From Tubiluchus corallicola (taxonomy: Eukaryota > Animalia > Priapulida), in assembly GCA_030141605.1 (NCBI GenBank), contig JAQGDQ010000198.1, positions 1 to 64,000 on the forward strand: DNA of 64,000 nucleotides, given 5' to 3'. Below, piece after piece: positions 12,901 to 25,694 of the stretch (positions are counted from its first letter, which is position 1; each line of letters starts with the position of its first letter). The translations under genes and the position numbers were made by a program. The notes below the pieces were generated by a model. That model had not been told where the DNA came from. It worked only from the letters and a program-made list of their open reading frames with translations, and made no database searches.

Positions 12901-15900
12901 ATTTCTTGCGCTATTGTCATCTTCACGTACGTCATGACAAATGTGGCATTCTTGACTACCGTGTCAAAAGAAGAGATCTTGTCTAGTCCAGCTGTTGCAG
13001 TGGTCAGTAGTTTTGTAATTATAAGAAATTATGGTGACATTTCACATTTTCCAGGTAATGCTGTCACCAACCAAAACACTGACTCTCACGTGGTATTTGG
13101 ACTGCTTCCATTGTTAACACCGTGTTTTGTCAAGCTAATGCTGAGTTCATTTTAAGAGGCTGACCATTCTGGTCTCAGTTAGAAGTTTGGAAGAAAACCT
13201 GATCTTTAAACACAAAAACAACTTTATACATAAGGAATTAAATGTTGAAAGCATTTGGTTGTTAAATTTTTATGCACACTTTTTTGCTAATTTTTTTCTC
13301 ACTGATCCATCTTTATAAGTGGAGAAAACTTTTTTGCTAATTAACAGTGAGTTTACAAAATGTTACTAACATAACAGGCGAGTTTTTGTTTCACTGAGTT
13401 ACTGTATTTTTTATTTTGTTAAAGTGTGAAACTATGATTATAGTGAATAACAGCACATGAATCGTGTTACAAGATCTATAAAATAACCAGTTGAGAATTC
13501 TTAACACAAGTCAGTGAACTAGCAAAAGTGGTACTAAAAAGTGTAAACTAACTATGCGCTGTTTGCAGCTGTTTGCCGAGAGATTATATGGTGTCATGGC
13601 GTGGATTATGCCTGTCTGCGTTGCCATGTCCACATTCGGGACCGTTAACGGAATCCTTTTCACCTCTGCACGCTTGTTTTATGTCGGCGCACGAGAGGGA
13701 CACATGCCTGAAATTCTCACTATGATTCAACCTAAACTACTGACTCCATTGCCAGCTGTTTTATTCATGGTAAGCATACACACTACATACCTGAACATGA
13801 TCAAGTTTATGTTCCTTCAATGCTTAAGGGCTGTCATCTATCTTTATGAGTGGACGAAACTGTTGTGCTAATTAATGATGAGTTTATCAGTAAAATTGTT
13901 ATGCTCAATAGTAAAATATTATTAACACTACTCATTACTAATTATATTACTTATACAATATTGTGCACAATATTACTAATACAACGAGTGTAAAACCAAA
14001 AAATGGTTTGCAAAATGCTGCAAAAAGGTCTTGCCCCTTTTTATTAAATGGAGTTTTTGTCAGCTTATGTACCAAATTTGTAGAAAGTAACTCGAATTTT
14101 TTGGTTCATCATTTTAAATTCTGTGACTGCACGATCACAACTCGAAATTGATTCCACAATTAGGGGTGAGCATCGAACGTTCGAATTGAATTCAAACGCC
14201 CGAATTCGATTCGAACGAGTTTTTTTAATTCGAACTAGATTCGAATCCAAAACTATAGATTCGAATAATTCAGCACTTCAGTCACATACGTTCTTTATCA
14301 TTAAAACATCATGGAACATCTTGCAATTAGCATAATTTAGCTGTGATTTCTGTGCACAATTTTATATCAATTACTAGTCGGTTTATTGCAGAACACAATC
14401 TAGTGATATGCATGATCTTTGTAAGACTAATTTTTACTGGTGGTTCGAAAACTTGTTCGAAAATCTATCAACCTCAATTCGAATTCGGTTCGAATTCAAA
14501 ACACTGAAGTTCGGTTCGATTCGAATTCGAAAGTCACAAATTCGGTTCGATTCGAATTCGCTTTCTAGTAGAGAATGCTCACCCCAATCCACAATGTAGT
14601 CTTGCTCCAATTTCTATTGATAATGGCATTGGTTTCGTTTCCATAACAAAGCTAATAAACACAAAATTTAATTGCTAAACTACGTGTGCTTTCCTGGGAG
14701 TTTTAGAGTTTCATTTCTCTAGCATTTTCATTTAAATTACATTCTCTGTTAGTTCCAGGTCTGTTTTGAATGCTGTCACTTGTAGGCTATTATCAGCTGT
14801 AAAATATCAATTGTATAAACAGCACGTTATACAGCCTGTATGACATTGATGAAACATTATGTCTGCTATTATATTTTTTGAAAAAAGTTTTATGGTTTCC
14901 AGTTTCCTTAAAACTTATTTTGTATCTCAAGCTACAGTTAATGCAACTTTATATGACGAACTTTGTAAATTAGTGGAACTGTATTTTTTGAATTTATAAA
15001 GATATGAGGGTAACTGATTTGATATTACTAAATTGATAAGTTTATTTATTGGATAGTGGTGTGATTAAAATTTAGAAATAAACCAGGAAATTTTGAAATA
15101 CTTGTGTCATTTCCTGAGAGTGATATATAGTTTTGAATATTTTTTGGTAACATTGCCTAAACATGTTATTTATGTGAGATAGTGATGCCATGTGCTTGTT
15201 AATATTATTTATTATTCCAGGGATGTATATCATTACTGTACCTTGCATCAAGTCAGATTTATGCATTAATCAACTACGTTAGCTTTGTGTGTTGGCTTGC
15301 AATTGGCCTTGCTGTGTTCAGTGTATTATGGTTTCGTTGGAAGAGACCTGATGCTCCTCGGCCAATTAAAGTAAGTTCATGGGTGGATTGCAATTGCAGT
15401 ATTTTATGTATATGAGACAATTTTTATTATATGTTTTGGCGTATTATGGGCTAGAGTCAAAGACTCATGGTGAATGGTTCCATGTAGCAGGAACAGGACA
15501 TAGCTCATTGGTCAAGGGTAATTGTCTGAGGTGAGACCTTTCTAAGTCAATAAATTGTAGTGATACTCAGTTCTCCTGTGGACATTATGAATTAATCCTG
15601 CCCTCCCAAATACAAAACTAGCAGAGTGCCAAGCCCCCAGTTCAATGAGTTTATATAAATGAACAAGGGTAAACATTTTTGAGGATGTTTATTTACGAGA
15701 GTAAGAGTCTTCGTTGTGTAAATTTGTTTCTTGCACAGTTTGGAGTAATTCTGGTGGTCCTGTGCTGAGTTGTATGATTTATCGCTTTAGATTTAGTCCC
15801 ATTTAACAAAACAGAAATGCGATTTTACAAGTCCTAAAAAAACTTTTGGTGATAAAATTGTTTGGCATTTGTTTTACATATGTACATATTACTTATTGTA

Positions 15901-18799
15901 TATGTGAAAATGTGTTTTTAGTGCACATATCAGAAAACTTGCAACTCTAGATCCTGATCTCAAGTACAATAACATCCGTCTTATATTTTGAGATCTTTGT
16001 AGGTGATCATCAATTTTGAAATTTACATTTTGCACTAAACATGTAAAAATTATAAAAATGGAACTATGATAAGCAAACATGGTATCATTAAAGCTATTTA
16101 ATTAGAATTTTGATTTTTTTAGGATATTAAATATTCCTCATTTACAATGTACAGTATTAATTGCTTGCTTTTGATTGATCACTACTCCTACACAGATGAA
16201 TTTTCTTTTCATGGAACAGAAAATTACATTTACATTTCTTACATTTTCTTAATTTTTGATGTAGAATTTTAGATTTTAAGATTACATAAACACCTAATTT
16301 TACATTCTATTTCACATAAAGAATGTTTCAAAATAAAATATGAGAATATGTGTGTTACTCATTTTTTTAACATCTTTTTATCTGTATGTTGAAAGCACAT
16401 ATATACACGCAGACAATTTTTTCCAAATTTGGCATTCAGGTTTTTCTTTAGAAGTCATAAAATAATAGGACTACTGTTCAGTAAAAAAAAACTATGCACT
16501 TGTTGTTACGACTATTGGGAGGCTGAGAACTACTAAATTTTAACCTAAACTATTCTGTGCTTTCCTTACATTGTAACTTAACATTTTAGTAAATTCCTGA
16601 TTTTAGGATCTCTTACTGTGGCTCAGTAAGAGCCAGCTATACAGCAAAAATCTAAACAATACTGCTGTTTTCCTAATTTTATAATTTTATTTGTTTGTTT
16701 TCATATTATTTGATGCTGGGGAGGTTTATTATTTGTTAGCCATTTGTTATTATTTATGTTTACCTATTTTGCCATTCCTATAGTAAAAATGAATATTCTA
16801 TGTGACTGGGAAATTTTGCAGAACCCTAAATTTCATAATATTATAGGTACAACGTTTTAAATTCAGATGTTCAGTTGTTCACTCACATAAATAGGAAATT
16901 AAAGTTAGAAGTATTTTCTTACAAACTAGTTTAATTCAATCTGATAGCAGATTTAAGTAAACATTTAGTGTTAGGTTGCATAATATTTTTTTATATATTT
17001 TTTCAGGTTAATCTGATTTTCCCTATTCTTTATGTGCTTGGCTCCATTTTTCTAGTAGTATTGCCTGCGATAGCCAGTCCGATAGACACAGGTTAGTAAC
17101 ATCTTAGATTCTAAGATTATGCATCTGCATCACATGGTAAAAAGCTACACTGTTTGGTGTAATTAGTCTGTGTGGAAAAATAGTGTGCACTTTTTGCGTC
17201 TTTTTTCGGTGTATAATTAGTCTGTGTTGCACTGAGGAGTGCAGGTCTTAAACACATGAAGCAAAGGATTATGCAATCTGGCAGAAGACTCTGTACCAGT
17301 GTTTGGTGCTTAGTGAGACATCACTTTTGCCAGGAAGGCAATAATACACACTGACGTGGCGCTAGATGTGGACGGCAAATGGAATACAACTCAACTGTAC
17401 CCAGTGTTACAGGAGATCATAGCAAAATATTAAGAAGAGTTCATTGGCAAGCCGGTTGATGAAGGAACCTCTAGCTCCGCATCTGAGGCCGCTGAACAAG
17501 TTTCTGATTGAAAAGCAAAACATTATTACTGTCATTTAAATTTCATTGGAAATAAAGTCTATATTGGAATGAAAAAAATTCTATGAAATTAGTCTGTGCG
17601 GAAAATTAGTCTAACACAGATTAATTTTGATGGTACGCATTAAAAAGTTATTTCAGAATTTGTCTCAGGCAGACTAATTACACAAGTAGTTGTGCACATA
17701 TTTTTAAGATTTGAGTTTAGACTAAAACTGAATTAAGTTTTGTATAGATTTTTAATTGTGCAAATTTTGTTAGCATTGATTTTTGTACTGAATTGAATTA
17801 GCTCCATTGAAATATGTTAAGGGACATATTTCGACATTGAGCAAAATCTTACTTCACTCTAGAAAGGTTTTGTAAGTTTTATAACACTTGAAATTAAGTT
17901 TAAAATCAATAAACATATTTAAAAGAAAGTTTGGACTGGTTACACGAAGAGATGGCTGTGATTCCTACAAGTTTACTTCCAGTTCATAACATTTCTTAAT
18001 AAATAGCAACATGCACATGAACGACTTGAGCTGTCTGTAGTTTTATTGTTAATTAAATATTGGATTTTTCGCACATATGTAAAATGTACCGGGGGTAACA
18101 AAGGTAAACTGTGAACAATTTTGTTTGCAACACACTTATTAGCAATTAGGGGTAGAATAGGCAAATTAATAGCAACCTCCCTAGTAAAGCATCTTGATTA
18201 ACAAGTGTGGCAAATAGACCAAAGTAAGGAAACAAAGTGAATGACATTGACTTTACACACAACCCGTTGTGTCCTATATAAACTTAGACAACAAATCAAC
18301 ATATTCATTTCGCAGCACTGTTCATTGAAATGCTACATTCATGAAAAAGTGCAAATAAATTGCCCTGCTTAATTGTTTGATTTTCCTTCTCATGAGTACT
18401 TACTGTCAGTTTTGTAATGTGATTATGGTTAACTAGTTTTAGTGAATGTTAATAATGCTTTATGTATGTGTACAGGTATTGGTGCAGTCATCATGCTGTC
18501 TGGTATTCCGGTTTATTACATATTCTGTTGGTGGAGAAAGCCGTTGGTCTTGAGAAAGAGAATTAGTAAGTTGAAATTTTGAAACTAGAATTTTTAAATT
18601 ATCCCTGGGTAAAATAATACTGTTTGACGTTGTTGCATTTTTTTACTAAACATCTAAAAATCATGGCACCTTTATACATATTGTAAGATTTTGTGTGCCT
18701 GAAGTGACTTAAACTAGTATTCTTGTGTTTTTTACAGATGGACTAACAATTGCAATGCAGAAGTTACTGCTAGTTGTGCCTGAAGAAAAGGAAGTATAA
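921..18799 (+). CDS. SLC7A5/SLC7A8-like: SLC7 L-type amino acid transporter light chain (LAT1/LAT2-like), 5'-partial, spliced
   Basis: GT-AG exons with consistent phases: 921-1046 ([35 protein letters not shown]), 9291-9390 OR 10995-11094 (..[11 protein letters not shown]), 12452-12496 ([15 protein letters not shown]), 12879-13002 ([10 protein letters not shown]..), 13569-13769 (..[26 protein letters not shown]), 15221-15370 (..[11 protein letters not shown]), 17007-17091, 18476-18565, 18738-18799 (stop TAA). These motifs are typical of the LAT subfamily of SLC7. The N-terminal exon(s) lie before the window. Confidence 0.96.
2273..2399. mobile_element. Small MITE-like inverted-repeat element
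   Basis: gcgcgcattcagaattt(t)agagcac at left, a second direct copy near 2314, and inverted gtgctctaaaattctgaatgcacgc at right. Confidence 0.55.
2689..3112. mobile_element. Head-to-tail dimer of a ~210-bp MITE joined at a TA
   Basis: Copy 1 (2689-2896) has ~40-bp imperfect TIRs agtagcgtttacctgg..gaatgcgtatgagttat / ataacgcataacgcattccgggtgctaggtaaacgccact; TA at 2687-2688 and 2897-2898; copy 2 starts at 2899 with homologous TIR and interior. Confidence 0.75.
3266..5992. mobile_element. 2.7-kb non-autonomous DNA transposon with TTAA target duplication (Kolobok-like)
   Basis: TTAA|GAACGAGTCCGCGAGAGCACCAAGCA ... TGCATGGTCTTCTCGCGGACGCGTTC|TTAA (22/26 TIR match); purine-purine terminus fits Kolobok better than piggyBac (CC/CY ends); no transposase ORF. 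Confidence 0.75.
9291..9390 (+). CDS. SLC7 alternative exon A (100 nt; extracellular loop 3 plus first half of TM6)
   Basis: ttttag|...|gtaaga, phase 1 to phase 2, encodes [34 protein letters not shown]. Confidence 0.93.
10995..11094 (+). CDS. SLC7 alternative exon B (100 nt paralog of exon A)
   Basis: tttcag|...|gtaaaa, phase 1 to phase 2, encodes [34 protein letters not shown]; no stops or frameshift. Confidence 0.9.
11285..11850. mobile_element. Dispersed repeat family, copy 1 (probable old non-autonomous DNA transposon)
   Basis: Collinear similarity to 26135-26535 (ttttgatac(t/c)aagctcatcgc; ctgttaaaatt.gccattgttttt; gctttgaa.cat.ataa.gtagttt; gttttggt.tgcaagcacacat). Confidence 0.7.
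14161..14587. mobile_element. hAT-type MITE (427 bp)
   Basis: TIR TAGGGGTGAGCAT...ATGCTCACCCCAA; perfect 8-bp TSD tccacaat (14153-14160, 14588-14595); subterminal TTCGAA repeats. Confidence 0.9.
17147..17695. mobile_element. Internally deleted DNA transposon with subterminal AATTAGTCTG repeats
   Basis: Perfect 14-bp inverted repeat gtgtaattagtctg (17157-17170) / cagactaattacac (17670-17683), further internal copies, and a relic coding-like interior ([25 protein letters not shown]). Confidence 0.6.
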
Positions 18800-20446
18800 T
18801 ATACTGGTTTGTTCTAATGAAATTTCACAACAGAAGAAGAACAAAGAAAAATTCTCTTTTCATTGATTTTTCTGAAACTATCATTATGTCATACATATTT
18901 TGCAGTTATGCTCAATTAGGAAGAAACTACTTTCAAGTTTTTCAGGCTGATCACAGTTGTTTTAAAAAGTAAATTTTATCTTCTCAAATTATCCAAACAG
19001 TTTTTTAAAGACTAATAAGTTTCGTGGAACCAGTCCATGAGACTACAAATTTGTAGTTTTACAAAACTGTTTTTAGCTTCTATGAAAATGAGCCTTAGTT
19101 TTTTCCTTAGACTGTCAAATTTCTTCATGGTGAATTAAGAACATCCTTATTTTGAGGTTTCATGCCTGGAACACCAGAACGATTGTTGGGGGTTATAAGT
19201 TAACACTGACAATGTGAGACCAGAAATTGTCTTACGTTGTTAAGCCAGGTTTAGAAATGCTCTACCGGGCCTGGAAAATCTTTGCTGATTGACGGACATG
19301 ACAGATGCAGTCCGTGGGACACTTCTGGCAGTGGGAAACAAATTTTTACTTCAAATATTTTTTTACAATTTTAATAAAAAGTAGGTTTTCTTTCTTTATT
19401 AGTAAAAATGACGTTCACACATTCAAATACTTATTCAAAGTTACAATGTGATTATTACGTGCAGTAATATTTTTTCGAGTTCCTGCATACCCTGCAACTT
19501 CTCTCTAGGTATTGCGTTGCACTCAAAAATTTGGCAGCAGCAGAACGTCCAGGTGTAATTCTATGTGCATATACCCAGCAACTATTATTGTGGGGTCTCC
19601 TAGAAATAGGCCTGCTGCTATAAGGATATTATTTTTATTTTTGCAGTTGCATAGCTAGCCTTCTAACTCCTACCAAGAGACAATACTAAAATTTTACTTA
19701 TTAAGAGTTTAAACTTAAAGTGTTATCTTGCTGATTCATTTAAAAAATTTGTGGTTCGCTTGAAATTGTACTAATATAGTTAGCGTAGCAACTGGCCTTG
19801 CCATCTAGTCACCAACCAGTACATGCAAAAATACTTCCTTCAGTAGTTAAGCAACATCAGACATAAGAAGTGTCTAAATGGGTGAGATATTTTGCAGAAT
19901 TGTTTTCATGTTGTGTCCTAGTAAAGTGATAGAAGCAGTGAACCAAACAAAATCGTAGTAAAGTTCTAAGAAATTCTGAGGAACAGTAGCTAACGTAAGG
20001 TAAAATTATCTTGTTAAGCATCACAGTTTAACATCACTTCACTTATATGTTTGCTTGGTGTATATATAGACTACTGATTAAAATTATGAGCGAGTGTGTA
20101 ATAATAACTAAAATAGTGTTTAAAAGTAGAAACTGCATTAACAATGGAAATACATGTACGTGTAAACAGTGAAAATTTTGATAAAATTGACATTTTTGAA
20201 GTCCAACTTTTCAAATCTTTCAGTTGCAACACCCCCTGCAACTAGCTCGATCCTGGATGCTTTTCTGTAATTGTCTCTGGGCTAGGTCCATCACTGGGAT
20301 GTCAACTTTTAGTCCTTGGGACATTTATAAGATTTTCTGCTTCTGTGCTCTACTTAACAACTTTGATAGATTTGGCACTTGTTAATGTTTTATGCAGAGA
20401 ACTGGCTGTTAATTTAGAAATCAGACTTGACCTTTTTTGCTATAGA

Positions 20447-20542
20447 TAGATTTTTTTCATACAAACAAGCAAACAATTTTAATGTGCTACTAATTAGATT
20501 TTTTTCATACAAACAAGCAAACAATTTTAATGTGCTACTAAT
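20447..20542. repeat. Perfect 48-bp tandem duplication
   Basis: tagatttttttcatacaaacaagcaaacaattttaatgtgctactaat x2. Confidence 0.95.
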
Positions 20543-23488
20543 TGCTTATTTCTAGTCGAATTAAAATAATGACTTGAAACAGTAGCTCTGTGGATACCAA
20601 ACTAAGAGGTGTTGGTTAGTTCCTGTGCAAGCTTCCCTTCCCTTACAAGTAAGCAAAAAACCAAACAATTTGGTTTGCAACATTCCCTAAAGCATGAAAC
20701 TGTACATGTACCACTAAAATATAACAGAACGTCTGTATTATACTAAAAACGAATACTTAAGAGCTGCAAGAGTTAGATTTCTGTTACCAAGTAAAGTAAA
20801 TAGGTGACTAATGTTTATAATGATCGTTCTCATTGTTACCAACTATAGTATAAGTAGCTTAATTGTATAATTGTATTGTGCTGTCAGTACTCATAACTGG
20901 TTCTTTCCCAGAATCCCTAGCAGTGAATGCTAATATTTATCCTGAATAATGCAGGATTTTGCAATTGATTGGTATTCGTGTTGCTTCGCAATTTGCAGGC
21001 AATTTTTATTTGAAGTGTAAATTAGACTCATGAGGATGTTAGAACACGAAGTGTTTAAGATCTCGTACTTCGTTGAACGTGACCTTCATTGACAGTTTAT
21101 AGAAGGGAAGGGAAAGTGATTTTTAAAAGAAGGTGTGCTAGCTTAGTATATTTTTGAAAATTTCAATATTATTAGGATTTGTCCTCCAAAGTCTAATATT
21201 GATGGAATTTGATACTTGCACAGCAGAAGCAAGAAAAAATTTGCATCGCTTTGTTGTTACACAATTATTTATGAGTCACACCATTATTTTTTTTGTAAGA
21301 ATGTTGGTCTTTGTCTTTGTCTCATCTTTATCATTTTTGGGTGAGAATATAGGAATGTAGTGTGTTTAATCTGCCTAAATAATAGCTTAAATTATTTCTG
21401 TTTTGAAATAATTTTTTATTTTTGTTCTATTGCAATTTATTTTTTTAATAATTAGTGTTTAAAAATGTTAAAAATTAAGCAGTGAATGTGTTAGGCTAAT
21501 GTTACTAAACATTAATGGCCTTAATTGGTTATAGTACTGTTTATATTTTAGGAATTTTTAAGGCCACTGAACTGACCAAGTTTATTTTTAGTGCTATAGA
21601 TCGGTTGCGTATCTTTGATTTCATTGTACAAACTATGTGATTTAGCACCTTATGTGTTTAGAGTGCTATGTATAAAATACATTTTGTACCTTGTAAATTT
21701 CTTTTGTAACATAAAGATAAAATAAGCACTGTAGATGATGCTATCTGACGTGACCAGAAACAGGTGAATGTTGAAAATCAGAAGAATGTACAGGGTGGTA
21801 CATAACCTATTGCTAAAGGTGCACAGAAATGAGTAATAGTGCAGAACAATTTATTGCATCAGAGGATTGCTCATCTATCAATAGCAAATCTATCGTGCTC
21901 TCAAAATTTAGTGTGGGTGCTTCATATGTCTCACACAGCCTGCTGTCTTTTATGGTATGATTGGAGCAGAGACCTAAAAACTCTAAGATTAATTTTTTCG
22001 ATTAAGCTAAAATAGCCTGGAAATTCATATGACCTCAGCTTCACCAAACACATTGAAGCTATCCTAAAAAAACAGTAGATCCTGAAGTGATAAAGACATG
22101 CCAGTGATCAGTATTCATAAGCTTGTGAAACATCTACAAAATGTGTTGGAGGATCTTGAGTTTTTGAGCCATTGCTCCAGTCATAACTCACAAGACTGCA
22201 GGCTGTACGAGACTTCCATACATAAGTTTGAGGTAGCAATAGATTCCCTATTGTTTGAGCAATTTCAATTCAATAGATTTATTTTGCAATAAACATATAC
22301 ATATGCATTATAAGTATATCGATAATCGGTTTTTGTTAATATAAAATTAGGATATAATTCATTAATTCTGCACTAGAGACCTAAGAAACTGGCTTATGCT
22401 AGGCCACTAGAATTAGTTACGAGAAAAATTACTATTACTCATTGTTTTTATATCTGCTGGCAAAATGTTATGTGCCACCATGTACTGTGTATAATGCTGT
22501 ACAGCAAACTAATTTATTTCCATTTAACATCAAGATATCTGGGTGCGTATTGTGTAAATTATTGCCACTTCAGCCTTCACTGTTTTTTGCTTTAACCAAA
22601 GACAATGAGGTGTATTGTAATGTATTGACACAAAATTTAACTCAATAAAATTAATAACTTTCTCTTGTTAGAAAATTTATAGCTACTGAGTAGTACACCA
22701 ATAAGAGCAAATCCCAGACAGTCATTTTGTTTTCATGGGTGAAGCTTGTTCAAGCTGCTACTTTGCCCATTTCAAAGTGAAATTACTATCTTGGCACTTA
22801 TTATAATCTTATTACAATGTTTTGACATGCTATCTATATAAATTATAAAGTGGAACTTGGATGGTTATGTTAAAATTTTGATGCGGGGTCCATATTGTAT
22901 ATTTACTGCTTAAATATGAAATGGTGACATGAGATTTTTTGCAATTGCTCAATACTTCATAATACATATCTTTTACTAGCTCTTACTTTGTTTGCCTTGG
23001 TGTGCTAAGTTTTGTTTAAGCATTGCTGTGTTTATTGTTTATGTTATGATGAATAGCGGCATAGCGGGTAACAATAAGATTGCACTTATAAATGTCATTT
23101 TGACAGCATACCAGAAAGGTACATTGTTTGCTGCCATCGTTGTCATTTGTTGCTTTTGCAGTGTATTATATTCGACTTGCTGTAATTAATGATAGAATAA
23201 ACTTACAAGTTTTTGAATTTAGAGGATTATTGAATAACCTCTAAAAGACATTGCCAATTTAGCTATGGCTGAAAGAAGGAAATGTGCAAAGAAGTGAGTT
23301 TATTCCCATTATGTGTACTGCTGTAACTGGTGATAGTTCAATTCTTATTGCATAATTTTACTTCTCTGAAAGCTTTGTAAATAATACTTCCAATCAATTA
23401 AGTTTACCTGTGGAAATTGTGATATTACATATCTCACCAAGTTGTATTTATTGCTGAAAAGCAACACTTTGAATATGTAGTTGATGAT

Positions 23489-24158
23489 CAGGGCTGAATT
23501 TTTCTGGTTTGGCATCGCAATATGCTACGCAGGTTTTGGCAGGCGTTACACAGTTTTAGTTTTGCACCACAGTCACTCCTAATCAATTTCATCTGTAGTA
23601 AACATCACAGTTTGTCTGTATAGTTATACCTTTTTTTAATGTTTTAGGTTTAATTTGTGCATCGTTGGTAATATAGTCATAGAATCTGGAGGAAACTGTA
23701 TCTGATCCTACAAAACTAGATAATGTATGGTGTACGGCTTACTTGCCCACTGAATTTGGTTGTGTGTAATGATCACTAACTTGCTATTGCGAGTACTCCT
23801 GCAGAGAGATTATGTCTATACATAGAAAAGAAAATGTTGAGTGCTCGAAAAGAGCAGCTGATGACGTAGGTGAAAAAAGCAATTATGTACCAAAGCTAGC
23901 AAAACTTGTTTAAATCAGTTGCAGTATTGAACAGTTCTCATAAATATGCTTTATTAAGCTTTGTTTTGTACTTTTGAAAATTTGATCTGATTGATTGCAT
24001 TTGCATTAAATTCAGATGGACAAAAACAAAGCAAACTAACTCTATTTCACATTGTTTTCCTTTTTTACAAAATACCACACGTAACTGTAAGATTGCTACA
24101 CAGTTCTAAATTTGTATAGCACTTACTACTGGGCAAACGTTCCATAAATTCAGCCCTG
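23489..24158. mobile_element. hAT-like MITE (670 bp)
   Basis: Perfect 13-bp TIR CAGGGCTGAATTT...AAATTCAGCCCTG; TSD not preserved. Confidence 0.65.
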
Positions 24159-25694
24159 ATGCTTTTTTGGTGTACTGTTTAGTGAGATTAGTTATGTTAC
24201 ATACATTCTATATAAAGGCATTTCTCAATAAAGCATGGGTGTAATACTTTTCAATATTTGCATTTTAATTTTTGTTTTTGTGATGGCTTATTATGATCTT
24301 TTGTTCTTACGTTAATGTTTCAGCAACTTTCTTTGCTATTTTGAAGGCAACTGTAATGAACAAAAATTATTTATACATCCCCAAACTATATACATGAAGT
24401 CAGGTATAAATAAATTTACCGTATGAATCATTTATACAAACTTTGCAAAAAAATACTGCAGGCAACCAAAAACACCAATCAAGAAACACCACACATTTCG
24501 AATTCGTTTTCTACGCTGAAATCCAGGGTAAACGAGGGTGCACTGCTGTTTTCTTAACATCAAAATCTGGCTGCTAGATGGCGTGTTGGATATTCAAGAA
24601 TAACTTCATGCAGTGATCTATCTGTACTAAATGTACCTGACATCAGTTTCTTACAAAGTATCATGTGTCAGTGTTTGGGCTTTCAAAACCAAATTTGAAG
24701 CTAAGGTTACATTTTGCTCTTTCTTCTTTATTTACCTAAACATATCATTCCATCTAAACAAAACCATAAACAAATGACAAAAAAATAAGTAACACTAGCC
24801 AAAAGTCAATTTTACATAATTCAGAGTTTCATACTGCACCGTCGCATTAATCAATAAATAGCTGTTATCTAATAGTAAATTTAAATTTTATAAAGTAATT
24901 TGAGTATATATGTACGTTTTTAGCCCCAAATCATAAACAATTGCAACAGATAACGACAACATTTAATCAACCCACCATGACACGTCCTCACTTCACACGC
25001 CTCTGACACCGATCAAACTGGTCACGTGTCCAGGCCAAAAACACCACAAGGTGGTCAAAGCCAACAACAAGTGGAGGCCGCAAAGCACGCCAATGCCAGA
25101 TTTCCAGTACAGTCAGCGAAGAGGTCAGGCATCAGTATAGTGCTGTAACTCGTGTTGATAATAGTACATGTAATGTAGCGGGTTTCTACATGATATGCGT
25201 GGTGTTTCTTTATTATTTTTCCATAACTTGTATAATTTATTGCAGTAAATTTATTTACTTTTGGTTCTATGTGTATAGTTTTGGGTGTGAATAAATGATT
25301 TTTTGTTTGTTACAGTTAGCCTTGGAAATAGTAAAACATGTTTCTGAAATGTCAGCTTAAGAAGAAACAAAATATCACTAACTACCGTGTTATTTCTTTT
25401 ATTTCTAAAATTGACTTTTCTTGCATACAGAAGGCAATAATGTAGCCCTTGTCTAGAATCCGTATGCCCTTAACCTACGGTTGATCTCTAGTTCAATTTT
25501 TCTCATAGTCAACTTGGAAATCTCGCGTTTTGTTTAATTATAGTAATCAATTGAGTAAAAAATGAACAAGTAATCACGTCAGCTGCGATATCCCTTTTGT
25601 TGTTTTACAAAAGCAATTTTCGTTGTAGGAGCATTATTTAATAATTTTTTATCTCTAAGTAATGAAAGTGCAACAGTACGGAGAACAAAATAAC

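Noticed and set aside
23858-23876. CTGATGA...GAAA hammerhead-like core
   Set aside because: Stem II (cgtaggt) cannot pair and no stems I or III are evident
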